Below the pieces are notes generated by a model. It saw only the letters and a program-made list of their open reading frames with translations, was not told the origin of the DNA and did no database searches. Positions 8,331-17,905 of a stretch of 64,000 bases of DNA are shown here, in pieces. Each line of letters opens with the position of its first letter. Position 1 is the first letter of the stretch. The position numbers and the translations under genes are program-made. The stretch lies in assembly GCA_947168565.1 (NCBI GenBank), contig CAMVMM010000009.1, positions 22,292-86,291 of the forward strand, written 5' to 3'. This DNA is from an uncultured Clostridia bacterium (GTDB lineage: Bacteria; Bacillota; Clostridia; Christensenellales; CAG-138).

Positions 8331-10355
8331 ATGAAACCGACATACACCGATCAGCAGCTTATTGAAAACCGGCTCTTTTTGAACCAGCTTGCCAAAACCT
8401 TCCCGACCGTTGAATACGCGATGACGGAGATAGTGAACCTCAGCTCCATCATGGCGCTTCCCAAGCCCACCGAGCACTTTATGAGCGATCTGCACGGGCA
8501 GGGCGACGCCTTTGAGCATATTCTGAACAACGCTTCCGGCGTTATCAGAAACGAGATAGAGAGGCTGCTCTCCGATACTCTCACCTATGAGGAAAGGGAG
8601 GTTCTTGCCACAATAGTTTATTATCCCCGCCAAAAGATCGCGCTGGAGCTTGAGCACGTTGAGGATAAGGACGCATGGTATAAAAAAACGCTCACGAACC
8701 TCATCCTTCTCGGCAGAAAGATCTGCTCCAAATACACAAGGTCCAAGGTGCGCAAATCGCTCGACCCCAGGTTCAGCTACATCATCGAGGAGCTGCTCAC
8801 CGCCAGGGTCAATTTCCACGATCTGGACGGCTATTACGATGAGATATTCGATTCCATCATCCGCCACGACTATGCCGACCGCGTGATAGTGGCGCTCACC
8901 GAGGCCATCAAAAAGCTTGCGGTGGATAAGCTGCATATCGTGGGCGATATTTACGACAGAGGCCCGGAGCCGCACCGCATTCTTGATCTGCTTTTGAAGC
9001 ACCCTTCGGTGGACGTTCAGTGGGGCAACCACGACATTCTCTGGATGGGCGCGGCGCTTGGCGAAAAGACCTGCATCGCGGGCGTGCTCACAAACAGCTT
9101 CCGCCACGGCAACCTCGACCTTATTGAAAACGTGTACGGCATCAACCTGCGCCATCTGCTGATGTTTGCGCAGGATACCTACAAGACCGCCGTGGTGTTC
9201 AGACCCAGAAAAACCTCCGAGGAAGCGTATTACACAAATTCGGAAATAAGCATCCGCGCAAAGCTGCATAAGGCCATCTTTGTGATAATGCACAAGCTTG
9301 AGGGGCAGCTCATCAAGCGCAATCCGAATTATAAGCTCGATCACAGGCTCTTCCTTGACACGCTCGACAGGGTGAACTCCACCATCACGATAGACGGCAT
9401 CACCTATCCCATAAAGGACGCCGATTTCCCCACCATCGATCCCGCCGATCCGTATATGCTCTCCGAGGAGGAGGAGGTCATCATAAACGAGCTTCAGGAG
9501 TCCTTCCTGAACAGCCCGAGGCTTCAGCGGCATATCAAGTTTTTCATAGATAAGGGCTCGCTCTATCGCATTGAAAACAACAATCTGCTCTATCATGCGC
9601 TCGTGCCGCTGAATGACGACGGCAGCTTCAAGCAGGTCGATTTCGGCGACGGCGTGCCGCGCGGCGGCAAGGCGATGTTTGACTATATCGACGCGGAGGT
9701 CAAGCGCATGTACTTTGCGGAGCCTTCCGAACGAAAGACCCATGAGCTGGATCTTATGTGGTATCTCTGGTGCGGGCCGGACTCCCCGCAGTTCGGAAAA
9801 AATAAGATGACCACCTTCGAGCGCGTTGAGATAGACGACAGCAAATCCCATAAGGAAAAGCGCAACGCCTATTATAAGTATCAGGACACCAAGGAGCTTG
9901 CTCTGCGCATCCTCAATGAGTTCGGCATCACGGATACCGACCGTGCTGTAATAGTAAACGGCCATATCCCCGTTGAAAAGATAAACGGTGAAAACCCGAT
10001 CAAGGCGGAGGGCAGGCTTATAGTTATAGACGGCGGCTTCTCCAAATACTATCAAAAGACCACCGGCATCGCGGGGTACACCCTTGTGTACGATTCACGC
10101 GGACTGTATATCGTGGCGCACGAGCCCTTCATCAGCCTTGAAATGGCAATAAAGGAAAATAAGGACATTCATTCCACCACCGAGGTTGAAAATATCCTTG
10201 CCACAAAGGGCCAGATGATGGTTTCCGATATCGACAAGGGCCTTGAGCTCAAAAAGGAAATAGAGCAGCTTGAAATGCTTGTGGAGGCGTTCGAGCGCGG
10301 CATTGTGAAGGAGAATCACCGCTACCGCATGGTAAAGGTGCCGATCGAAAACTAA
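8331..10355 (+). CDS. fbp: Fructose-1,6-bisphosphatase class 3 (674 aa)
   Basis: Firmicute class-III FBPase length and motifs (FMSDLHGQGDAF, HIVGDIYDRGP, WGNHD). ATG 8331 lies behind GGAGG (the track used TTG 8319). Confidence 0.9.
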   Translation: MKPTYTDQQLIENRLFLNQLAKTFPTVEYAMTEIVNLSSIMALPKPTEHFMSDLHGQGDAFEHILNNASGVIRNEIERLLSDTLTYEEREVLATIVYYPRQKIALELEHVEDKDAWYKKTLTNLILLGRKICSKYTRSKVRKSLDPRFSYIIEELLTARVNFHDLDGYYDEIFDSIIRHDYADRVIVALTEAIKKLAVDKLHIVGDIYDRGPEPHRILDLLLKHPSVDVQWGNHDILWMGAALGEKTCIAGVLTNSFRHGNLDLIENVYGINLRHLLMFAQDTYKTAVVFRPRKTSEEAYYTNSEISIRAKLHKAIFVIMHKLEGQLIKRNPNYKLDHRLFLDTLDRVNSTITIDGITYPIKDADFPTIDPADPYMLSEEEEVIINELQESFLNSPRLQRHIKFFIDKGSLYRIENNNLLYHALVPLNDDGSFKQVDFGDGVPRGGKAMFDYIDAEVKRMYFAEPSERKTHELDLMWYLWCGPDSPQFGKNKMTTFERVEIDDSKSHKEKRNAYYKYQDTKELALRILNEFGITDTDRAVIVNGHIPVEKINGENPIKAEGRLIVIDGGFSKYYQKTTGIAGYTLVYDSRGLYIVAHEPFISLEMAIKENKDIHSTTEVENILATKGQMMVSDIDKGLELKKEIEQLEMLVEAFERGIVKENHRYRMVKVPIEN

Positions 10356-10367
10356 ACCCCGGTTTCA

Positions 10368-10402
10368 GCGCGGAGGGAGATCATGCTCTCCGCGCATTTT
10401 GC
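10368..10402 (+). terminator. Rho-independent terminator after fbp
   Basis: GCGCGGAG / CTCCGCGC 8-bp stem with a 13-nt loop, followed by ATTTTGCTGTTT. Confidence 0.6.
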
Positions 10403-10480
10403 TGTTTATCGGCATTTTTTAATACTTATGTGCCTCGCCCATGGTTGAAACAGGCGCCGGATTATGAGCCGTGACCATGG

Positions 10481-10509
10481 TTGAAACAGGCGCCGCATTA
10501 TGGTATAAT
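10481..10509 (+). promoter_or_regulatory. Near-consensus sigma-A promoter (TTGAAA-17-TGgTATAAT), probably giving a leaderless mRNA
   Basis: The -35 lies in the second copy of a 28-nt direct repeat. The ATG of MKISNKK... begins 6-7 nt after the -10 with no SD. Coordinates are within 1 nt. Confidence 0.55.
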
Positions 10510-10515
10510 GTTAGT

Positions 10516-12015
10516 ATGAAAATATCCAATAAAAAACACGATGTAAATATTGCAGCGAAGGCCGTTTCGGCGCATGAGCCCGAGGCCCCGGAAGCGGCGG
10601 CAAACGAAGCCGCTGCCACGCAAGCCGCACCTGAAGGCGCGCACGAAGGCGCGGCGCAGCCTAAAGCAGAGACCGCTTCCGAAAAGCCCGCTTCAAGCGG
10701 CCGCCGCTCCCGTGAGGGCTTCCTTGTGAAGCTTTTCACCTATTGCTCGGCGGCGCTTTTTGCCGTCCTTTTCGCTGTGTACGCTTATTTTTCCAAATAT
10801 ACCGACTTGCTTTCGCTCCTTGCGCCCGCGGCCTCGCTTCTGTTCTTTGCCGCAGTCACCGTAAGGCTAATCCCAAGGCTTGTGTATCGGCGTGACGAAG
10901 CGCAGCTCAGGCCCTTTGGTGAGCGCAGCGCGAAAAGGCTTCACCCGATCGTTCGCATAGCGCTTTTTTCGCTGCTTATGCAAACAATTGTGGTTATAGG
11001 CGCTTATATCGCGCACAGCGCGGCAAACGGCGTTGATACCACCGTTTTCGGCGGCTACACAAAGCTTTTTGCGCAGCCTCGCGGCTCGGTTTTCGGAGAG
11101 AGCACCAGAACCGCCGTTTCAAGCTACGGTCTGCTTTCCTTTGTTATTCCGCAATTCGCGGAAAGATTGGCGTCCGATTCCTCGGTCTACATACCCGTGC
11201 TCGCGGTGAACGGCGCATCCATCGCCGCTTCGTCCGTGCTTTTGTACGAGCTCGCCGTGTGCGACAGCAGCAAGCGCCGCGCCAAATTCTCCGTGGTTTT
11301 ATTGCACCTGCTGCCAAGCGTGATCCTTGTTTTGCAGCCCTTCTCCGGCACGGCGCAGTTCTTCGCGCTCTGCCTGCTTTCGCTGCTGCTTGCACGGCGG
11401 GGCAAGCCGCTTTTTGCCGGAATCGCCGCGTTTCTCGCGTCGCTTTTCAGCGTTTTCTCCGTATTGCTGTTCGTGCCTGTCGGCATCGAATGCCTGATAT
11501 GTGCCCGCGCTTCCGCTTCTGAGGCCGATCCCGCTTCCTCCCGAAAGTGTGGGATCGCCCCCGCGTCCATCGTGATAGGGCTTTTGCTTACGTTGCTTCC
11601 GATCGCTCTTGCCTTTGCGCTTCGTGCAGCGGGCCTTCGGGGGCTGTTCGGCTTCGATTCGCAGTCTGTTTTCGGTATGGACGCCATCGGCGCGCTGATT
11701 CGAGAGTGGAACGGCGGCGCGGTTTCAAGAGCCGTGATCTGCGTTTCCCTGGCCGCGCTCATACTCAATGCGGCGCTCATCTTTTTCGGCGCTGGCTCCA
11801 CGCGCTCAAGCCACACCGCCTTCGCGCTTGCGTTTACCGCGGTTCCTGCTGTGCTTGGCGCGAATATGGCGCTTTACGGCGTGTTTGCGCTACCGATACT
11901 TGCATATCTTATCGGCAATAAATGCACCTTCCGCGCTGCAAGGGCAGTAACGGGCTTCACTGCGCTCGTGCTGCTTGCGCTGTTCATCGTGCTGCTGTAT
12001 ATCGTCAAGGGTTGA
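10516..12015 (+). CDS. Polytopic integral membrane protein with an Ala/Glu/Pro-rich N-terminal tail (GT-C-like glycosyltransferase suspected)
   Basis: About 10 or more hydrophobic segments follow a low-complexity cytoplasmic head (AHEPEAPEAAANEAAATQAAPEGAHEG). No diagnostic motif was recognised. Start chosen at the ATG after the promoter (the track uses GTG 10471). Confidence 0.5.
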   Translation: MKISNKKHDVNIAAKAVSAHEPEAPEAAANEAAATQAAPEGAHEGAAQPKAETASEKPASSGRRSREGFLVKLFTYCSAALFAVLFAVYAYFSKYTDLLSLLAPAASLLFFAAVTVRLIPRLVYRRDEAQLRPFGERSAKRLHPIVRIALFSLLMQTIVVIGAYIAHSAANGVDTTVFGGYTKLFAQPRGSVFGESTRTAVSSYGLLSFVIPQFAERLASDSSVYIPVLAVNGASIAASSVLLYELAVCDSSKRRAKFSVVLLHLLPSVILVLQPFSGTAQFFALCLLSLLLARRGKPLFAGIAAFLASLFSVFSVLLFVPVGIECLICARASASEADPASSRKCGIAPASIVIGLLLTLLPIALAFALRAAGLRGLFGFDSQSVFGMDAIGALIREWNGGAVSRAVICVSLAALILNAALIFFGAGSTRSSHTAFALAFTAVPAVLGANMALYGVFALPILAYLIGNKCTFRAARAVTGFTALVLLALFIVLLYIVKG

Positions 12016-12067
12016 TCGGGCGGCTGCCGACACGCGGCATCGTTCCAGGTAAAATGGAGAAAGCTAT

Positions 12068-13045
12068 ATGAAATGGAAAGAAATCACAATCTTCACAAGC
12101 GAGGAGGGCATAGAGCTCGTGCTTGCGCGGCTCGATATGCTCGGCATTTCGCAGGTGAATATAGTTCAGGGGCATGATGAGGTGGATGCGCTCCTGCACT
12201 CCGCCGAAAAATACTGGGATTATGCCGAGGAAGCGGTGCTGAACGCCAATCCCGCCGTGCAGGCGTATTTTTCCGATCTGCCGGAAAATGCCGAAGCCGA
12301 AAGCGCAATACGCGCCTCGATCGCAGAGCTTTCCGAAATGCGGGAGGAGCTTGGGCTCGACCTCGGCTCGCTTGAGATAAGCGTTCGCACCGTGGATGAG
12401 GAGGATTGGGCAAACAACTGGAAGGCGTTCTTTAAGCCGTTAAACGTCGGAGAGCGGCTGCTCGTGTGCCCCTCATGGGAGGAGGTGCCACGGGATAATA
12501 CCCGCGCCGTGCTGAAGATAGATCCCGGCATGGCGTTTGGCACGGGCACCCATCACACCACCAGAATGTGCCTTGAGCTGCTTGAGAAACACATTCGCCC
12601 GGGCGACCTTGTGGCCGATCTGGGCTGCGGCAGCGGCATTCTCTCCATAGCCGCCTGCCTGCTCGGCGCGCGCGAGGTGGACGGTATCGACATCGACCCC
12701 GTGGCTTCCCGCGTTGCTCTTGAAAATGCGGAGCTGAACGGCGTGGAGCCGGATAAATTCTTCGTGATGAACGGCGATATTCTTTCCGACCGCGAGTTTC
12801 GCCGCAGCGTTTCAAACGGCGAATACGACATAGTGCTTGCGAATATCGTGGCAAACGTGATAATCGACTTTGCATACCTGCTTCCCTCCATGATGAAAAC
12901 CGGCGGCCTGTTGATCGCCTCCGGCATAATTGAGGACAGGCTCGATGAGGTCACTCGCGAGCTTGAGGACTGCGGGCTTGAAATACTTGAGATCAAATGC
13001 GGCGAGGACTGGCGCGCCGTGCTTGCAAGAAAGCTTGATGACTGA
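12068..13045 (+). CDS. prmA: Ribosomal protein L11 methyltransferase
   Basis: MKWKEITIFTS... N-terminus, SAM motif DLGCGSGILSIAA, PrmA length. Confidence 0.9.
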   Translation: MKWKEITIFTSEEGIELVLARLDMLGISQVNIVQGHDEVDALLHSAEKYWDYAEEAVLNANPAVQAYFSDLPENAEAESAIRASIAELSEMREELGLDLGSLEISVRTVDEEDWANNWKAFFKPLNVGERLLVCPSWEEVPRDNTRAVLKIDPGMAFGTGTHHTTRMCLELLEKHIRPGDLVADLGCGSGILSIAACLLGAREVDGIDIDPVASRVALENAELNGVEPDKFFVMNGDILSDREFRRSVSNGEYDIVLANIVANVIIDFAYLLPSMMKTGGLLIASGIIEDRLDEVTRELEDCGLEILEIKCGEDWRAVLARKLDD

Positions 13046-13109
13046 CCGATTATTCAACGAATTGCAGGCTTGAGCAAAGCCGAGCTTTTGCACCATGTAA
13101 ACACAGTAA

Positions 13110-13850
13110 ATGCGTAGATTCTTCATTGACAAAAGCTTAAAAACAGGTGAAAGCGCGGCGCTTTGCGGCGATGAGGCAAGGCATATCGCTTCCGTGCTTC
13201 GCATGAGCGCGGGGGATGAGCTTATTCTGATAAACGGCTCGGGCGAGGAGCTGAATGCGCGGATAGACTCCGTTTCAAGGGGCGAGGTGCGCTTCACCGT
13301 TACGGGCGTTTCCCTCTGCGCCGCCGAGCCGAAAAACCGCGTTACGCTGTTTCAGGGAATGCCAAAATCGGATAAGCTTGAGCTGATAATCCAAAAATGC
13401 GTGGAAATCGGTGTTCACTCCGTTTGCGCCGTTCAGATGAAGCGCAGCGTTGTAAAGGGCGAGAGAAGCGCCGCCAAGCTGGAGCGGTACAACAGAATTT
13501 CCCATGAGGCTGCAAAGCAGTGCGGCAGAGCGTTCGCCCCGTGCGTTTTTACTGCGGCTTCCCTTGAGGAGGTCGAGCTCGATCGGTTCGATCTTGTGCT
13601 TATTGCTTACGAGGATGAAACAAAAAGCACGCTCAAATCCGTGCTTACCGCTGAAAAGAACGCGCTTCCGGTGGGCGCGGATATCGCGTTGATAATCGGG
13701 CCGGAGGGCGGACTCGACCCATCCGAAATAGAATACGTTCTTTCCGCAAACAAAAACGCGCATTCCGTTTCGCTCGGCTCAAGGATACTGCGCACGGAAA
13801 CCGCCGGTATGGCGATGCTTGCCATGCTTATGTACGAGCTGGAGGGCTGA
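13110..13850 (+). CDS. rsmE: 16S rRNA (uracil1498-N3)-methyltransferase
   Basis: MRRFFID...ARHIASVLRMSAGDEL PUA-like head and a SPOUT C-terminus (LIIGPEGG, LGSRILRTETA). Confidence 0.85.
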   Translation: MRRFFIDKSLKTGESAALCGDEARHIASVLRMSAGDELILINGSGEELNARIDSVSRGEVRFTVTGVSLCAAEPKNRVTLFQGMPKSDKLELIIQKCVEIGVHSVCAVQMKRSVVKGERSAAKLERYNRISHEAAKQCGRAFAPCVFTAASLEEVELDRFDLVLIAYEDETKSTLKSVLTAEKNALPVGADIALIIGPEGGLDPSEIEYVLSANKNAHSVSLGSRILRTETAGMAMLAMLMYELEG

Positions 13851-13853
13851 AAA

Positions 13854-15194
13854 ATGAATATTGCGCTTATAACCCTCGGCTGCCGTGTGAATCAATACGA
13901 GAGCGACGCAATGGCGGAGCTGCTCACAAACGCGGGGCATACTGTGGTGAACGATCCCGTGCTTGCGGATGTGTGCATAGTGAACACCTGCACCGTAACC
14001 AATATCGCGGATCAAAAATCGCGGCGTATGCTTTCAAGAGCGCACCGCATCAATGAAAACGCCAGGCTCATCGCCGCCGGCTGCTGGTCGCAGCGCAGCC
14101 CGGAGCAGGCTGCAAAAATCGAGGGAGTGGACGCCGTTTTGGGCAGCTCCGACCGCTCGCGGATAGTTGAAATAGTTGAAGGGCTTTTTCGTGATCATTC
14201 AAACGAACCCGAAAGAGAAGGCAAAGGTGAAAGCGGCAGGATCATGGTTTCGGACGTGATGCGGGAAACGGGCTTTGAGGAGCTCTCCGCCGTACACGAG
14301 GGCAGGACCCGCGCCTACCTTAAGATTCAGGACGGGTGCAATAAATTCTGCACTTACTGCGCGATCCCCTATGCGCGCGGCAGGCTGCGCTCAAGAAGCC
14401 TTGAATCCGTTCGCGCCGAGGCGGTAAAGCTTGATTCCGAGGGCTTTGTGGAGGTGGTGCTGACCGGCATCCACCTTATGAGCTACGGCGTTGATTTCAA
14501 GGACGGCACCGATATTGCGGACGCCGTGAAGTGCTTCGAGGGGCTTCAAAACATCAAGCGCATTCGCTTCGGCTCGCTTGAGCCGCATCTTATGACGGAA
14601 AGCCTTATCAATAAGCTTGCAGCGGAAAAGCGCATCTGCCGCCAGTTTCACCTTTCGCTCCAGAGCGGCTCGGATACCGTGCTTGAAAGGATGAACCGCG
14701 GCTATACCTCGGAGCAGTATCTGGAGGTTTGCAGAGCGCTCAGGCGAGCGTTTGGCGAGGAAACCGCCATCACGACCGATATTATCGCGGGCTTTCCGGG
14801 CGAAACCGAGCGCGAGCACGGCGAAACCATCGCCTTTATAAAAAGCATACCCCTTGCAAGGGCGCACGTGTTTCCCTATTCAAGGCGCAGCGGCACTAAG
14901 GCGGCAAGCATGCCGAATCAGCTTTCAAATGCCGAAAAGAGCCGCAGAGCGCAGGAGCTTATCGCCGTTTCAAGGGAGCTTGAGCATGATTTTCTTTCAA
15001 GCTATATTGGAAAAACCGTGGAGGTGCTGATCGAAAGATCGGATCGCGGCAGCTCCGCCGGCTGCACGGATACCTATGCAAGGGTAGTTATTGATTCTGA
15101 ACTCCCGCCGAACACACTCGCGCGGGTTCAAATAACCGAAGTAAAGGAGGAAAACGATGGAGAACTGTCTCTTTTGTCGCATTGTTTCGGGTGA
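13854..15194 (+). CDS. mtaB: tRNA methylthiotransferase, MtaB/MiaB-like radical SAM
   Basis: UPF0004 head (LGCRVNQYESD), radical SAM CNKFCTYCAIP, TRAM tail. It occupies the same prmA-rsmE-mtaB order as Bacillus yqeT-yqeU-yqeV. Confidence 0.85.
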   Translation: MNIALITLGCRVNQYESDAMAELLTNAGHTVVNDPVLADVCIVNTCTVTNIADQKSRRMLSRAHRINENARLIAAGCWSQRSPEQAAKIEGVDAVLGSSDRSRIVEIVEGLFRDHSNEPEREGKGESGRIMVSDVMRETGFEELSAVHEGRTRAYLKIQDGCNKFCTYCAIPYARGRLRSRSLESVRAEAVKLDSEGFVEVVLTGIHLMSYGVDFKDGTDIADAVKCFEGLQNIKRIRFGSLEPHLMTESLINKLAAEKRICRQFHLSLQSGSDTVLERMNRGYTSEQYLEVCRALRRAFGEETAITTDIIAGFPGETEREHGETIAFIKSIPLARAHVFPYSRRSGTKAASMPNQLSNAEKSRRAQELIAVSRELEHDFLSSYIGKTVEVLIERSDRGSSAGCTDTYARVVIDSELPPNTLARVQITEVKEENDGELSLLSHCFG

Positions 15195-15492
15195 AATACC
15201 TTCAAACAAGGTGTATGAGGACGACAAGGTGCTTGCCTTCCGCGATATTTCGCCCCAGGCGCCGGAGCATATACTTGTGATCCCCAAGCAGCATTTCGAC
15301 AGCATCCTTGATGCCGACCCGCAGACCGTTGGTTATATGCAGAGCATAGTGGTGAAGCTTGCCCGTGAGCTCGGACTCGATGAGAGCGGCTTCCGCCTTG
15401 TGGTAAACACCGGCTTCGACGGAATGCAAAGCGTAATGCACCTTCATATGCACGTGCTCGGCGGTCGACTCATGCTTTGGCCGCCCGGCTGA
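15157..15492 (+). CDS. HIT-family (histidine triad) nucleotide hydrolase
   Basis: CLFCRIVSGEIPS head and the HLHMHVLGG triad. The AAGGAGG SD and the start lie 38 nt inside the mtaB 3' end. Confidence 0.85.
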   Translation: MENCLFCRIVSGEIPSNKVYEDDKVLAFRDISPQAPEHILVIPKQHFDSILDADPQTVGYMQSIVVKLARELGLDESGFRLVVNTGFDGMQSVMHLHMHVLGGRLMLWPPG

Positions 15493-15513
15493 TCCCCAAA
15501 TTCCTTTCACACA

Positions 15514-15548
15514 AAAGCCCCGCTTTGAGCTTCTCAAGGCGGGGCTTT
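15514..15548. terminator. Hairpin between convergent HIT and permease genes
   Basis: AAAGCCCCGC ... GCGGGGCTTT, a 10-bp stem. Confidence 0.6.
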
Positions 15549-15603
15549 GCGAACACGCCCTAAACCGCTGAAGAAAAGCAGAAATGAAAATTATGCTTCG
15601 CAA

Positions 15604-16905
15604 TCAAAGGATCAGGCCCAGCGTCAGCATCGCCGCAAGCATGGTGGGTATGGAGATCGCAGCGCCGTATTTTATGAAGCTTGTGTAGCCGAATTCAACG
15701 CGCTGAAGCTTCAAAAGGCTCATCCACATTATGCCGGCGATCGCGCCGATCGGCGTCAAAAACGCGCCGATATTCGAGCCCGCGATGGAGGCATACAGCG
15801 CTTCCGTTTGCGCAGCGCCCTCTATTCCGCCGCATACGGATGAAAACAGCACGCTCATCGGAATATTGTTTATAAGGTTCGCGCTCAAAAATGAAGCCGT
15901 GCCAAAGGTGAATACCGCTCTGCCGCGCGATAAAAACTCCGTCAGCTTCGCCGTAATGCCCGATTTTTCAAACGCAAGCACTATGATAAACATGGAGATC
16001 ACGAAGGGTATCACGTCCCACGGGGCGCGGCGCAGCGAATTTATTGCGATAGTCGGCCTGCTCTTTGTGATCAGCGAATGAATAAGCGAGATGGTGAGCA
16101 GGCTGATGCAGGCTCCGAGCGAAATAAGCCACATTGGAATATCTATATAGAGCGAAACGCTCATCAGCAGTATGCAGATCACAAGGTGCGCAAGCGCGGT
16201 GTAAACATGGAATCTTTTGCCAAGCTTCGCCCTGCCGTCCGCCGGGGTGATCTTTTTGCTCAGCTTCCTCCTGAAAATAAGCCACATTATGCCAAGTGAA
16301 GTAAGCGCGCAGGCGACGGTGGGCAGGATCATCGTTTTAAGATACGCAAAGAATTCTATCCCCGCATTCGAGGCAAGATAGATATTGGTGGGGTTGCCTA
16401 TTATCAGCGCCATGCTCCACGTGTTTGCCGCCACGAATTCACACACGAGGAACGGCACGGGGTCGATCTTGGCGCTTCTTGAAAAATAGCAGATAAACGG
16501 CGTAAAGGTCAAAACTATTATGTCGTTTGAGGTGAAAAAGGTCAAAAAGGAAACTATTGCGTACAGCAGAAAGAAAAGCACCCTGCAGCTTTCCCCGGCA
16601 ACGCCGAGCATCCTTGCCGCCACGAAGCTGAAAAAGCCCGCGTTGTCAAGGTAGATCGAGATCACGGTCATGGAAATAAGCAGCACAAGTATCTTGATGG
16701 GGTTCATGCCGCTTGCGCGGGTAAGGCCGCTCACCGCGTCGGCAACGTTTAAATATCCGAGCAACAGAAGAAGGGCGGCGCCAAGAAGCGGCGCAAGCCA
16801 GTAGACGTTTATCGACCTGCCGCGAATTATCACGGAGGGTTTGAAGAATATGAGCGCGATCAGCCCAAGAAGGCTTGCGGCGGAAATAAGCAAAACGGGA
16901 AGCAT
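15604..16905 (-). CDS. ArsB/NhaD-superfamily anion permease (SLC13/citrate-transporter-like)
   Basis: 433-aa polytopic protein with two-fold repeat architecture and Gly/Pro-rich re-entrant segments typical of this superfamily. Substrate unknown. Confidence 0.55.
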   Translation of the reverse strand: MLPVLLISAASLLGLIALIFFKPSVIIRGRSINVYWLAPLLGAALLLLLGYLNVADAVSGLTRASGMNPIKILVLLISMTVISIYLDNAGFFSFVAARMLGVAGESCRVLFFLLYAIVSFLTFFTSNDIIVLTFTPFICYFSRSAKIDPVPFLVCEFVAANTWSMALIIGNPTNIYLASNAGIEFFAYLKTMILPTVACALTSLGIMWLIFRRKLSKKITPADGRAKLGKRFHVYTALAHLVICILLMSVSLYIDIPMWLISLGACISLLTISLIHSLITKSRPTIAINSLRRAPWDVIPFVISMFIIVLAFEKSGITAKLTEFLSRGRAVFTFGTASFLSANLINNIPMSVLFSSVCGGIEGAAQTEALYASIAGSNIGAFLTPIGAIAGIMWMSLLKLQRVEFGYTSFIKYGAAISIPTMLAAMLTLGLIL

Positions 16906-17264
16906 GGTCTCTCCAATTTCTTTTCTACCGCTGCATTATACCACAAAAGTCGGAAAATTCAATAAGAATAATTGCACCGGACAAAGCCGTGCCGAAATGT
17001 GATTTTGTCACGGAATTGATCCTCGCCTTCACCTATAATAATACCGTCCCGATTCTAAACCGTTGAGAGCGGGGGAGCGGCTTTTTTCGCCGGATATGAT
17101 CCGGAAAAACGCAGCTTGATCCTTGAACGCCTATAAAGCTTAAGCGAAGCGGCTGCGGCGGAAAATACGCCGTCCGAATCAAGGCTTTGGGCACGGGATG
17201 GCATGAGAGAATAATTATTATGTTTAATAATTTAAAAAGAAAACAAAAAACGGAGGAAAAAACA

Positions 17265-17570
17265 ATGGTTACGGTTATCACCAAGGAGAATTACGGCAGC
17301 GAGGTCATTTCAAGCGACAGGCCCGTTCTGATAGATTTCTGGGCAAGCTGGTGCGGCCCGTGCAGGATGCTTTCTCCGATCATCGACAGGATCGCCGAGG
17401 AGCGCGCCGATATCAAGGTGTGCAAGGTGAACGTGGACGAGCAGCCGGAGCTTGCGCAGCAGTTCGGCGTTATGAGCATACCCACCGTGGTCGCAATCAA
17501 GGGCGGCAAGGTGATCGGGCAGTCCGTGGGCGTTCGCCCCAAGGAGGCCATACTCTCGTTGATCGGCTGA
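17265..17570 (+). CDS. trxA: Thioredoxin (101 aa)
   Basis: WCGPC active site in a LIDFWASWCGPCRMLSP context. ATG 17265 lies behind GGAGG. Confidence 0.9.
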   Translation: MVTVITKENYGSEVISSDRPVLIDFWASWCGPCRMLSPIIDRIAEERADIKVCKVNVDEQPELAQQFGVMSIPTVVAIKGGKVIGQSVGVRPKEAILSLIG

Positions 17571-17584
17571 GAAAGGAAAGCGCT

Positions 17585-17905
17585 ATGGGTATTTTCGATA
17601 TGTTTCGCTCGCCGGACATCAATTCGGGCGTTCAGCAGTTCAACTCCACTCCGGGCGCGGTGCTGATAGACGTGCGCGAGGAGGATGAATACGCGCAGGG
17701 TCATATTCCGGGAAGCATAAACATCCCCCTCTCACGGCTGCGCGACGTTGAGGACGCGGTGGACGATCCGGACACGCCGCTGTTTGTGCATTGCCTGAGC
17801 GGCGGCAGAAGCGCAAGAGCCGTTGCCGCGCTCGTTGAGATGGGTTATACCGCCGTTACTAATATCGGCGGAATCAGCGCATACAAGGGAAAGGTGGAAA
17901 AATAA
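17585..17905 (+). CDS. Single-domain rhodanese sulfurtransferase (106 aa)
   Basis: LIDVREEDEYAQGHIPGSINIP and the active-site loop CLSGGRS. This is the C-terminal part of track ORF 17351..17905, and the start is reset to ATG 17585. Confidence 0.85.
   Translation: MGIFDMFRSPDINSGVQQFNSTPGAVLIDVREEDEYAQGHIPGSINIPLSRLRDVEDAVDDPDTPLFVHCLSGGRSARAVAALVEMGYTAVTNIGGISAYKGKVEK

Noticed and set aside
8286-10055. 589-aa ORF antisense to fbp
   Set aside because: It overlaps a well-supported gene (class-3 FBPase with SD and motifs) completely and has no SD or recognisable motif. Long stop-free antisense frames are expected at this G+C and codon bias.
17351-17584. N-terminal 78 codons of track ORF 17351..17905, overlapping trxA in another frame
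   Set aside because: The Arg/Gly-rich extension has no function signal. The real rhodanese gene starts at ATG 17585, 14 nt after the trxA stop.
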